Origin: Gemmatimonadota bacterium | Lineage (GTDB): Bacteria > Gemmatimonadota > Gemmatimonadetes > Palauibacterales > KS3-K002 | Reading direction: 5' to 3' | Length of the DNA stretch: 32,850 nt | Assembly (NCBI GenBank): GCA_039586795.1 | Contig: JBDHJS010000040.1 | Location: forward strand, 1 to 32,850 | Part shown: positions 1-8,410 of the stretch, in pieces | Layout of the letters: each line of letters begins with the position of its first letter | How positions within the stretch are numbered: the stretch's first letter is position 1 | The notes under the pieces: model-generated | What the model saw: only the letters and a program-made list of their open reading frames with translations | Databases searched by the model: none | What the model was told of the DNA's origin: nothing | Translations under genes and position numbers: made by a program

Positions 1-1155
1 AGCCTGTGGGGAGACACGGCCCGCCTGGAGCCCGAAGTGACGATCGGCGAGCTGGAAGGGGCTGACGAGTACATGCTGGGAAGAATTCGATCGCTCGCCG
101 TCGCCGAAGACGGAACGATTTACGCCGTCGATCAACAAGTGCCGGCGCTGCGAGTCTACAACCCAGACGGCACGTACAAGGCGACGTTCGGCCGAGAGGG
201 TGGCGGCCCCGGCGAATACAACAGGCCGGACGGGGGTCTGGCCGTGCTATCCGACGGCCGCGTCGTCTTGCGTGACCCGGGTAACGCACGCCTCACCGTC
301 TACTCGCCCGCCGGAGACCCCTTCGATACCTGGCGGGTCATGGGCAGCGTATACACATCCCGACGCCTCTACCGAGACACATTGGACAACGTGTACACGT
401 ACGCCCTCCTTGATTCCGATGCCGGCATCGACAATTGGCAATGGGGGATCGTGCGAATCGGGCCGGACGGGACCGTCGGCGACACGTTGGAGCTTCCTGA
501 ATGGGACTACGAGCCGGCCGAGATCTCGGCCAGCGGCGGCGACGAGGGCAACACTAGCTTCATCGGCGACAACGTGCCGTTTTCGCCTACCGTCGCCTGG
601 GCGTACAGTCCGCTTGGCTACATGGTGGGCGGCATCTCGACTAAGTACTCGATCAGTCTCTTCCTTTCTACTGACCGCACACTGCGCATCGAACGGGGCG
701 ACTGGCAGCCGCTCCCGGTCACCCCTGAGGAACGGGAAGAACAGGAGCGCATCATCACCGCCAACATGCGGCAACTCGATCCTGGTTGGCGGTGGAACGG
801 CCCGCCGATTCCCGAGACCAAACCACCATTTCAGAGGTTCTTCATCGGCGAGGACGGGCGGATCTGGGTCCAGCTCAGCCAGCCGGCGTACAAGAGCGAG
901 GATACCGATTACACGAACGACACGTCACCACCAGGCGTCATCGAAGTGCCTCCCCACACCTGGGTCGAGCCCATAGCTTTCGATGTCTTCGAGCCGGACG
1001 GGACCTACTTGGGGATGGTGCGCGCACCGGAAGGCTTCTCGATGAACCCGACGCCGGTCGCACGAGGCGACTACGTATGGGCCGTGGTGATGGACGAGCT
1101 GGAGGTTCCCTATATCGTTCGGTTCCGGATCAAGCATCCAGACGAGGAGACGTGA
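1..1155 (+). CDS. Six-bladed beta-propeller (NHL/TolB-like) protein, probable lipoprotein; 5'-truncated by the window edge
   Basis: Frame is open from base 1 (SLWGDTARLEPEVTIG...). It has GREGGGPGEY, VLSDGRVVLRDPGNARLTVYS and FDVFEPDGTYLG motifs and is strongly similar to the two downstream paralogs. Confidence 0.85.
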   Translation, partial: SLWGDTARLEPEVTIGELEGADEYMLGRIRSLAVAEDGTIYAVDQQVPALRVYNPDGTYKATFGREGGGPGEYNRPDGGLAVLSDGRVVLRDPGNARLTVYSPAGDPFDTWRVMGSVYTSRRLYRDTLDNVYTYALLDSDAGIDNWQWGIVRIGPDGTVGDTLELPEWDYEPAEISASGGDEGNTSFIGDNVPFSPTVAWAYSPLGYMVGGISTKYSISLFLSTDRTLRIERGDWQPLPVTPEEREEQERIITANMRQLDPGWRWNGPPIPETKPPFQRFFIGEDGRIWVQLSQPAYKSEDTDYTNDTSPPGVIEVPPHTWVEPIAFDVFEPDGTYLGMVRAPEGFSMNPTPVARGDYVWAVVMDELEVPYIVRFRIKHPDEET

Positions 1156-1168
1156 TTCGTAAGCGGCA

Positions 1169-1213
1169 AGGGGTGAGGGGTAAGGGGTGCCCCTTACCTT
1201 CTACCCCACACCC
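1169..1213. repeat. Inverted heptamer-repeat hairpin (GGGGTGA/GGGGTAA ... CCCTTAC/CTTCTAC/CCCACAC), probable terminator or REP-like element
   Basis: GAGGGGTAAGGGG pairs with CCCCTTACCTTC just after the stop at 1155. Confidence 0.6.
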
Positions 1214-1281
1214 GGGAAACCTCTCACAGCACAACGGCGTTCTCCTCACCGACGAAGCGCAACGTCCGACCAGGGGGATCG

Positions 1282-1704
1282 ATGACTCTAGGCAACGTCA
1301 ACGAGCTGGAGCGCCGCCTGCCGCTCGCGCTCGCCATCCTGCGGATCACCACGGGCATCTTCTTCCTCTACTGGGCCGTGGAGAAGTTCGTGCGACCCGA
1401 CGTGAACGCTCGGATATGGGACTACTTCTTCCGTATCTCGATTTCGGTGAACTTCTCCTACGTCATCGGCGCGGTGAACACAGTCCTGGCCATCGCGATG
1501 ATCGTCGGTTTCAAGCGTCGCATCACGTATGGGTACTGGCTGCTGTTTCACACGCTTTCCGTCGTCTCGACCTACCGAGAGCTCATCCACCCCTACACGA
1601 GCAACAACCATCTGTTTCTCGCCGGCGTGCCGATCATCTTCATCATGCTGGCGCTCTACATGCTCAGGGATTGGGACACGCAGTGGGTGGTGGGTGGTAG
1701 GTAG
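1282..1704 (+). CDS. DoxX-family membrane protein
   Basis: 140 aa with about 4 hydrophobic helices, an N-terminal LAILRITTGIFFLYWAVEKF motif typical of DoxX, and AGGGGG RBS upstream. Confidence 0.75.
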   Translation: MTLGNVNELERRLPLALAILRITTGIFFLYWAVEKFVRPDVNARIWDYFFRISISVNFSYVIGAVNTVLAIAMIVGFKRRITYGYWLLFHTLSVVSTYRELIHPYTSNNHLFLAGVPIIFIMLALYMLRDWDTQWVVGGR

Positions 1705-1792
1705 TACAACCAAAACCCTTCCTGGCCTATCCAACTCGTTGGGTCGCGCGACTCATAGCCCCCCACCTCGCACACAGAGAGCCCTACTACAT

Positions 1793-3097
1793 ATGAAAGC
1801 GACTGAACCATCGAGGCGCGGAATTCAGTGTCTGTTGGCGTTTGTGCTGGCCCTCACCCTTGTCGGGTGTGGCGACTCTGATCGAGATAGCGGCTCCGGA
1901 TGGCAAGCGGTGTACGATACCGTCGGTGATACCGTCGTCGTCCGGACCGTGAGCGGCAGCGTTTGGGGTGACACGGCGGAATTGTTGGCCGATCTTCGTA
2001 TCGGACAGTTCGACGGCCCCGATGAGTACATGTTCGGCAAGATCCGGTCTCTTGCTGTGGGGCCGGACGGCACGATCTACGTGTACGACGTCCACGCCGA
2101 AGAACTCCGGATGTATTCGGCGACCGGCGACTTCGTGAAGAAGATCGGCAGAATGGGCGGCGGTCCCGGAGAATACCGCGAGCCCGACGCCGGCCTAGCC
2201 GTGCTGCCGGACGGGCGGCTGTTGCTGCGGGACCCCAGGAACACCCGCATCAACGTTTACTCCCGAGACGGCGAGTACATCGAAGCCTGGCGAATCCGAG
2301 GCTTCTGGAGCGGACGGCCGATGTGGGCGGACACGATTGGGAACGTCTACACCGGAGTTCTGCTTGACCCCGCGGCTTCCTTGCCCGATTGGCGACTCGG
2401 CGTCGTGCGCTACTCGGCAAGTGGTATACCCGGTGACACGATACCGATGCCGCAATGGGATTACGAGCGACCCAAGATGTACGCGGGCAGCGGACGGAAC
2501 ACCTCAGACTGGAGTGTGCCGTTTACACCCGACGCGGCATCAACATTCAGCCCCCTGGGCTACACGCTGGGAGGCGTACCCACTCGATACGCTTTTGATC
2601 TCTTCATCGCTCCCAACCATGTACTTCGGCTGTCGCGGGACAATTGGAAACCAGCTCCGGTGGCGCCCGGAGAACGCGCCGAGCAAGAAGCGATGGTCAC
2701 AAGCATCTTGCGCCGCACCGAGCCGGGATGGAGATGGAACGGGCCGCCGATACCGGACACCAAGCCATCCTACAAGGACTTCTTCGCCGATAGCCAGGGG
2801 CGCATCTGGGTACAGCTGCACGCCGAAGCGTACGAGCTCCCGGAGGACGAGGCGGTACCGCCACCGGACGCGCCGTGGATTGACGACGTCACCCAACGCT
2901 GGCTCGAACCCGTCGTGTACGACGTCTTCGAACCCGACGGTCGCTATCTCGGAATGGTGCGCGCGCCCAACGGCTTCCTGCCGAAGCCGCCGCCCGTCGC
3001 TCGTGGAGATACCGTATGGGCTGTGGTTCTTGGTGAGATGGATGTGCCGTCCATCGTTCGCTTTCGGATCGTGCGAGGTGCCAACGGGTCAACGTGA
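1793..3097 (+). CDS. Six-bladed beta-propeller lipoprotein (paralog 2)
   Basis: ATG at 1793 gives a lipoprotein signal (LALTLVGC). The same GGGPGEY, LRDPRN, WRWNGPPIPDTKP and DVFEPDGRYLG motifs are present. Confidence 0.85.
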   Translation: MKATEPSRRGIQCLLAFVLALTLVGCGDSDRDSGSGWQAVYDTVGDTVVVRTVSGSVWGDTAELLADLRIGQFDGPDEYMFGKIRSLAVGPDGTIYVYDVHAEELRMYSATGDFVKKIGRMGGGPGEYREPDAGLAVLPDGRLLLRDPRNTRINVYSRDGEYIEAWRIRGFWSGRPMWADTIGNVYTGVLLDPAASLPDWRLGVVRYSASGIPGDTIPMPQWDYERPKMYAGSGRNTSDWSVPFTPDAASTFSPLGYTLGGVPTRYAFDLFIAPNHVLRLSRDNWKPAPVAPGERAEQEAMVTSILRRTEPGWRWNGPPIPDTKPSYKDFFADSQGRIWVQLHAEAYELPEDEAVPPPDAPWIDDVTQRWLEPVVYDVFEPDGRYLGMVRAPNGFLPKPPPVARGDTVWAVVLGEMDVPSIVRFRIVRGANGST

Positions 3098-3206
3098 CTT
3101 ACCGCGCAACGCTTTCTGTCTACTTTGCATCCATGTATTGAGACCGGTAGCCACGCCCGAAGCCACGCTATCTAAGTTGGCACGCTCTGGAGGGAGAAGC
3201 GACATC

Positions 3207-4487
3207 ATGACATGGCTTGGAAAGCTTCAGCGTCTGGCGGTTGGTACGTTCTTCGTCTTCGCTTCAGCATGTGGGGGGTCGGAGGCACCTGACGGACGCG
3301 ATTGGCATGCGGTGTACGACACCATCGGCGACACGATCGTAGTGCGCACGGAGCGTGGCAGTATTTGGGGGGGCGAAGCAACCCTGGTTCCGGTGCTGAC
3401 GATCGGAGTCGTGGATGGCGCGGATGAGTACATGCTCGGCAGCGTGCTGTCCCTTGCGGTGGCGCCGGGCGGTTCCATATACGCCTTCGATGGCCACGCT
3501 AAAGCGCTACGCAAGTACACACGGGATGGCGTCTACGTAACGACGTTTGGGCGCGAGGGTGGCGGGCCCGGAGAGTACAAGACTCCGGATGCCGGATTGG
3601 TCGTGCTGTCTGATGGGCGTGTTGTTCTTCGTGACCCGGGAAACGCTCGCCTCAACGTCTATTCGCCCGACGGTGAGCCACTCGACAGCTGGCGAGTTAT
3701 GGGATCGATCCGTAGCTCGATACCGATGTTTCGAGACACCGCGGACAACGTCTACACCCGGGCCCTTCTCGATCCTGGCGCCGCAATTAGCGACTGGACA
3801 TTCGGCTTGGCTCGATACGGCCCCGACGGCTCTGTGAGAGATACATTGCCCGAGCCGACGTATGACTATGTTGAACCGCAGCTCGAAGCGCGTGGCACAG
3901 ATGAAGACAACCCGAGCTACGCGAGCAGGCCCGTGCCTTTCACGCCCCAGGTCGAATGGTCCTTTAGTCCGATGGGCTACATGGTAGCCGGGCTCCCAAC
4001 CCGCTACGCCGTCGACTTGTTCGTCGCGCCCAATCGCGTCCTCCGGGTCGAGCGTGCAGATTGGCAACCGGTGCCCGTGAATTCAGAAGAGCGCGCGGAA
4101 TATGAGCGACTCATCACCGACATGCTTCGCCGTTGGGCGGATCCAGCCTGGAACTGGAACGGTCCGGCCATTCCGGACACCAAACCTCCCTACCGCGGTT
4201 TGTTCGTCGGGCTGGATGGCCGGATCTGGGTGCAGCTGTATCAGCCGGCATACCAGAAGGTGCCACCGGCCGGCCAAGAACCGGACCCCACAGAGCAGAC
4301 ATGGGTCGAGCCGATCGCCTTCGATGTATTCGAACCCGATGGGCGCTACCTGGGAATGGTGAGAGTACCCGACGGGTTTTCCACCTATCCGCAACCTGTG
4401 GCGCGCGGCGAAACCCTATGGGCTGTTGTAAGGGATGAGTTGGATGTCCCGCAGATTGTCCAGTTCCAATTAAAGCATGGGGGATAG
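3207..4487 (+). CDS. Six-bladed beta-propeller lipoprotein (paralog 3)
   Basis: ATG at 3207 follows GGAGGGAG and gives a lipobox (FVFASAC). Motifs are conserved with paralogs 1 and 2. Confidence 0.85.
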   Translation: MTWLGKLQRLAVGTFFVFASACGGSEAPDGRDWHAVYDTIGDTIVVRTERGSIWGGEATLVPVLTIGVVDGADEYMLGSVLSLAVAPGGSIYAFDGHAKALRKYTRDGVYVTTFGREGGGPGEYKTPDAGLVVLSDGRVVLRDPGNARLNVYSPDGEPLDSWRVMGSIRSSIPMFRDTADNVYTRALLDPGAAISDWTFGLARYGPDGSVRDTLPEPTYDYVEPQLEARGTDEDNPSYASRPVPFTPQVEWSFSPMGYMVAGLPTRYAVDLFVAPNRVLRVERADWQPVPVNSEERAEYERLITDMLRRWADPAWNWNGPAIPDTKPPYRGLFVGLDGRIWVQLYQPAYQKVPPAGQEPDPTEQTWVEPIAFDVFEPDGRYLGMVRVPDGFSTYPQPVARGETLWAVVRDELDVPQIVQFQLKHGG

Positions 4488-4555
4488 CCGTAAACGGTAA
4501 GCGGTAACGGTCAACTGCGAACGTTACCGCTTACGGGCTACGGCTTACGACTTAC
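4486..4555. terminator. Bidirectional hairpin built from GGTAAGC/GCTTACG-like heptamers between convergent genes
   Basis: Perfect 13-bp stem GTAAGCGGTAACG (4497-4509) / CGTTACCGCTTAC (4522-4534), extendable by AGCCGTA/TACGGCT. Confidence 0.65.
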
Positions 4556-4562
4556 TGCAGTA

Positions 4563-6059
4563 TCACCGCGTCCCCGGCATCTCCGGCGGCGGCCCCAGCA
4601 CGTCCTCGATGCTGAGGTTCACGACACGACCCAGGTCCATCCCTCGAATTCCGTCCTCGATCACCTCACGATCGCCGACCACGATGATCGCCATCTGGTC
4701 CGGTACGACGTATTCTCGAGCGACCCGCAATACCTCAGCCTGCGTAATACCCAGAATGCTTTGTACATACTCGTTGAAGTATCCGTCAGGAAGATCGTAC
4801 AGCTCCAGCTCGGTGAGCTGGCCGGCGATGCCGGCGACCGTCTGGAATCGCGACGGGAAACGGAGCGCGACGTAATTGCGCGCCCGTTCCAACTCCTGCG
4901 CGGGCACCGGCTCGTGGATTCCGTTCAGCTCCTTCATGAACTCGCCCAGCGCCGCGGCGGTGACATCCGTCTGCACGCTAGCGCCGGCTGTGAACGGTCC
5001 CGCCATCTCCGAGAAATCGAAGAACGAGAAGGCGCCGTAGGTGTAGCCCTTATCCTCACGCAGATTCTGGTTGAGGCGCGACGCGAACGACCCACCAAGG
5101 ATCGTGTTCATCACGATCAGCGAATAGTAATCGTCGCTCAGCCGCGGAACGCCGATTCGCCCGATACGAATCTCCGACTGGGCGGCGCCCGGCTTGTCCA
5201 CCAAGTAGACCGTGCGCGTGGTGACTTGATCCGCTTCCGACCAGTCTTGTGATGGGACTCTGCCGCGCTCCCAGCTGCCGAACAGCGCCTCCAGCTTCGG
5301 TTTGATCGCGTCCATCGTGATGTCACCCACCACCACGAAGAACGCGTTGTTGGGTCGGAAGTACGTCCCGTGCCAACCTTGCACGTCGTCCAGCGTCATA
5401 TCCTTCACGGACTCCGGGTAGCCGATGGTCGGGTGACCGTACGGGTGGTCGGGAAAGAGTGTGTGATCATAGATCACGGAGGCGATGGCTCGGGGCTCAT
5501 CACGCGCCGCCAGCATCTGGTTCAGCCGCTCCAACTGCTTGCGCTCCAGTTCCGCCTCCGGAAAGTCCGGTCTCAAAGCCACATCGGTCATCAGCTCCAG
5601 CGCCGGATCGAGGCGACCCAACGGCGTATGCAGCGACACCGTGGTGTGGTGACTGGCCGCCCGCACCGAAATCCGCGCGCCCAAGAAGTCGATCTCGTCA
5701 GCCAGCTGCAGCGCATCGCGACCCGCGGCCCCTTCATCCATCAGATCCGCCGTCATATTCGCGAGCCCAATCAACTCTGTCGGGTCGGACGCGTAACCCG
5801 TCCGCACCACCAGATTCACCTGGACCAACGGCACATTGTGCTTCTCCAGCAGGATTACTCGAGCCCCATTCGACAGCTCGGTCCGCTGTATCTCGGGCAA
5901 GACCAGCGCCGGCGGCGGCCCCAACTCCGGCGGCCTACTCCGATCCGGCACCTGTGCCCCTATCTCAGAGGCAGCAAGCCCAACGGCAAACAAGAGCGCC
6001 AACACGACTCCCATCCCCCGGCAGTTCCTACTCGATCTAAACATCGCAGTATTCTCCAT
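4563..6059 (-). CDS. M16 (pitrilysin/insulinase) family peptidase, non-catalytic beta-type subunit, secreted
   Basis: LSNG entry motif. The HxxEH position reads GLANMTADLMDEG (inactive). RLNQNLREDKGYTY motif and a signal peptide are present. Start is 6059 (alternative 6044). Confidence 0.88.
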   Translation of the reverse strand: MENTAMFRSSRNCRGMGVVLALLFAVGLAASEIGAQVPDRSRPPELGPPPALVLPEIQRTELSNGARVILLEKHNVPLVQVNLVVRTGYASDPTELIGLANMTADLMDEGAAGRDALQLADEIDFLGARISVRAASHHTTVSLHTPLGRLDPALELMTDVALRPDFPEAELERKQLERLNQMLAARDEPRAIASVIYDHTLFPDHPYGHPTIGYPESVKDMTLDDVQGWHGTYFRPNNAFFVVVGDITMDAIKPKLEALFGSWERGRVPSQDWSEADQVTTRTVYLVDKPGAAQSEIRIGRIGVPRLSDDYYSLIVMNTILGGSFASRLNQNLREDKGYTYGAFSFFDFSEMAGPFTAGASVQTDVTAAALGEFMKELNGIHEPVPAQELERARNYVALRFPSRFQTVAGIAGQLTELELYDLPDGYFNEYVQSILGITQAEVLRVAREYVVPDQMAIIVVGDREVIEDGIRGMDLGRVVNLSIEDVLGPPPEMPGTR

Positions 6060-6070
6060 TCCAACTTCCC

Positions 6071-7444
6071 TCAATCCGTCTTCGGTTTCAGTCCCTCGGA
6101 CGCCAACTCCGGCTGCCCCTGCGGCACCACGCTCAACACCACGCGCCCATTCGTCAGCCACGTCTGCGCCGCCGCCTGAATATCACTCGGATCCAGCGAC
6201 TTGTAGCGCTGCAATTCCTCGTTGAAGTAGTCCGGGTTTCCCGTATAGATATAGAACGCGTTCAACCGATCGGCCTTGCCACCAAACCCACCGACCCTCT
6301 CCAACCCATCCAGCCGGCTCGCCTCGATCTGATTGACGACCCGCTCCACCTCGCGCACGTCCGGCGCCTCCATCTTGAGGCGGTCGATCTCTTCGATGAT
6401 CACCCGCTCGATCTCGTCCAGGTCGACTCCGGCCCGCGCCGTCGCCACGATCTGGAACTGGGACCCCAACTCGCTCGACGCTTGATACGCGAAGACGTTC
6501 TGGGCGATCTGCATCTCGTAGACCAGCCGCTGATACAGCCGCGATGTCTTACCACCGGCAAGGATATCGCCAAGGATGTCGAGCTCCGGATCACCGGGCG
6601 TGTAGTATGCCGGTGATAGCCACGCCATGTAGAGACGCGGGAGAGAGACGCGATCTTCATGGACCAGCCGCTTCTCCTCGGTCAGGAACGCGACGGTCGC
6701 GTCGGCCGGCGGAACCGGCGGTCCAGCGGGCACATCGGCGAACCACTTCTCCACCAGCGCCTTCGTCTCCTCGATGTCGATGTCACCGGCGATGGAGAGG
6801 CTGGCGTTGCTGGGGCTGTACCACGTGTTGTAGAACTCGACCACGTCCTCGTAGCTGGCCGCCGACAGATCGTCCATCGATCCGATCGTCGTCCAGTGAT
6901 ACGGATGCTCCGGCGGATACATGTTCCGGCGGATGATCTCAGAGGCCAGGCCGTAGGGTCGGTTCTCGTACGACTGACGCCGCTCGTTCTTCACCACATC
7001 GCGCTGACCGTCCACCTTCTCCGGCGACATAGCGTCGAGCAGGTAGCCCATGCGGTCCGACTCCAGGAAGAGCGCCAGCTCGAGCGCGTTGCTCGGGACG
7101 TCCTCCCAGTAGTTGGTCCGGTCCGGGTTCGTCGAACCGTTGTTGTTTCCGCCCGCCGCCTCGAGCCAATTGTCGAAGGCACCTTCGGGCACGTGTCCCG
7201 AGCCCTCAAACATGATGTGCTCGAACAGGTGGGCGAACCCGGTACGACCGGGTTTCTCACGACCCGAGCCCACGTGGTAGTAGACGTTCACGCTCACCGT
7301 CGGGGTCGTGTGGTCCTCGTGGAGGATCACGTTCAGCCCGTTCGGGAGCACGAATCGCTCGTACGGCACCTCGAGCCGTACCTCCTCCTGCGCGAACGCC
7401 GTCGACGCCGCCAGAAGGAGGATGACCGGTACAATGCGTCGCAT
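6071..7444 (-). CDS. M16 family zinc peptidase, catalytic alpha-type subunit, secreted
   Basis: GFAHLFEHIMFEGS (HxxEH), NGSTNPDRTNYW and VVKNERR motifs; signal peptide ending STAFA. Confidence 0.92.
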   Translation of the reverse strand: MRRIVPVILLLAASTAFAQEEVRLEVPYERFVLPNGLNVILHEDHTTPTVSVNVYYHVGSGREKPGRTGFAHLFEHIMFEGSGHVPEGAFDNWLEAAGGNNNGSTNPDRTNYWEDVPSNALELALFLESDRMGYLLDAMSPEKVDGQRDVVKNERRQSYENRPYGLASEIIRRNMYPPEHPYHWTTIGSMDDLSAASYEDVVEFYNTWYSPSNASLSIAGDIDIEETKALVEKWFADVPAGPPVPPADATVAFLTEEKRLVHEDRVSLPRLYMAWLSPAYYTPGDPELDILGDILAGGKTSRLYQRLVYEMQIAQNVFAYQASSELGSQFQIVATARAGVDLDEIERVIIEEIDRLKMEAPDVREVERVVNQIEASRLDGLERVGGFGGKADRLNAFYIYTGNPDYFNEELQRYKSLDPSDIQAAAQTWLTNGRVVLSVVPQGQPELASEGLKPKTD

Positions 7445-7640
7445 CCCTTCGTCTCCTGCCTGTATGTGATGAGTAGACTAGCGTTTCCGCCGCCGGGCCA
7501 GGCGGCATCATGTCTTAGACTGCCCGGGCCGCACTGGCGTTGCCGGACAGTTTGGGGAACACGTGGCCAGATGGCCAGAGTTCCCCCTGCCCCAAGTACG
7601 AAGCGGCCGCGCCCGAGGATTCGAACGCAGCCGCCACCGT

Positions 7641-7673
7641 CTACTGCCTACCGTCTACTGTCTACTGCCTACT
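7641..7673. repeat. Tandem heptamer repeat CTAC(T/C)G(C/T) x ~4.5
   Basis: ctactgc ctaccgt ctactgt ctactgc ctact overlaps the TAG stop of the 7669..8172 gene. Confidence 0.7.
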
Positions 7674-8172
7674 CATCCTGCCGCCACGCCAATACATAAG
7701 TCGTCGCCTCACCCACGCGCAGAACGACGAGCTCTTCGAACAGCGGTATCTCCTCCAGGGGGAACTCGGCCCGGACCGGATAGTAGCATCTCTCTTCCGG
7801 CGCGCCGTACACGCAGTGCTTTGGATCGTCCTGAAGCTCGCGACACTCGGCGCGCTCCGGGACCATGTAGTGACAGCTGAGGTTGCCGAGGCGCATACGA
7901 CCGGGCTCGAGCGGCACGCCATCGCCAACGCGTAGCTGGAGCAGCGGGGCCGTCGTTGGGCCCACGTCGGGGTCCGTGGACGGGACCTGTATCTCGACGA
8001 CAGCGCGGATCTGGTAGCCAGAGGTGTCGACAGCCACCCAGCCCCCCTCCACCGGAGCCATCATCGCTGGATAGGTAATCAGCTTACCGGCGCAATCGTA
8101 CAACGCCGGCTTGCCGCACCCCGCGGCCGCCACAGCCAGAAGCGGGAATGTCAGAAGTCTAAGTCTCAGCAT
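7669..8172 (-). CDS. Hypothetical Cys-rich lipoprotein
   Basis: ATG at 8172 gives MLRLRLLTFPLLAVAAAGC (lipobox). The mature part has five further Cys and typical GC-rich codon usage. Confidence 0.65.
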   Translation of the reverse strand: MLRLRLLTFPLLAVAAAGCGKPALYDCAGKLITYPAMMAPVEGGWVAVDTSGYQIRAVVEIQVPSTDPDVGPTTAPLLQLRVGDGVPLEPGRMRLGNLSCHYMVPERAECRELQDDPKHCVYGAPEERCYYPVRAEFPLEEIPLFEELVVLRVGEATTYVLAWRQDE

Positions 8173-8299
8173 GTCTTGCGTCGGGTGCCCGCAACACGGT
8201 AACACCGCTGTTAGTCCGACGCGGTAGGGGCGTTTGTTACAATCTTGGGGTTTTGAGGCGCTGTGTAAAGCAGTTCTTATTCCGAGACCGAAGGCGTTC

Positions 8300-8410
8300 A
8301 GGCGTACGGGGTAAAGGAGTGGGTGGGTGGGGGTGGGGGCGAAGAACGAGAGCGCTGCGTCGATCCCTGGCTCCTTACCCCCTACCCCCTGCCCCACACC
8401 TCTTGCCCGA
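8300..8410. repeat. Degenerate inverted heptamer repeats (GGGGTAA.../CCCCTAC) downstream of the prolyl oligopeptidase gene
   Basis: GGGGTAAAGGAG (8308-8319) is near-complementary to CTCCTTACCCC (8371-8381). The run tccttac cccctac cccctgc cccacac belongs to the same family as 1169-1213. Confidence 0.5.

Noticed and set aside
1529..1792. N-terminal extension of the 522-aa ORF (and similarly 2337-3206 of the 716-aa ORF)
   Set aside because: The extensions overlap real upstream genes in another frame. Lipoprotein signals and paralog alignment place the starts at 1793 and 3207.
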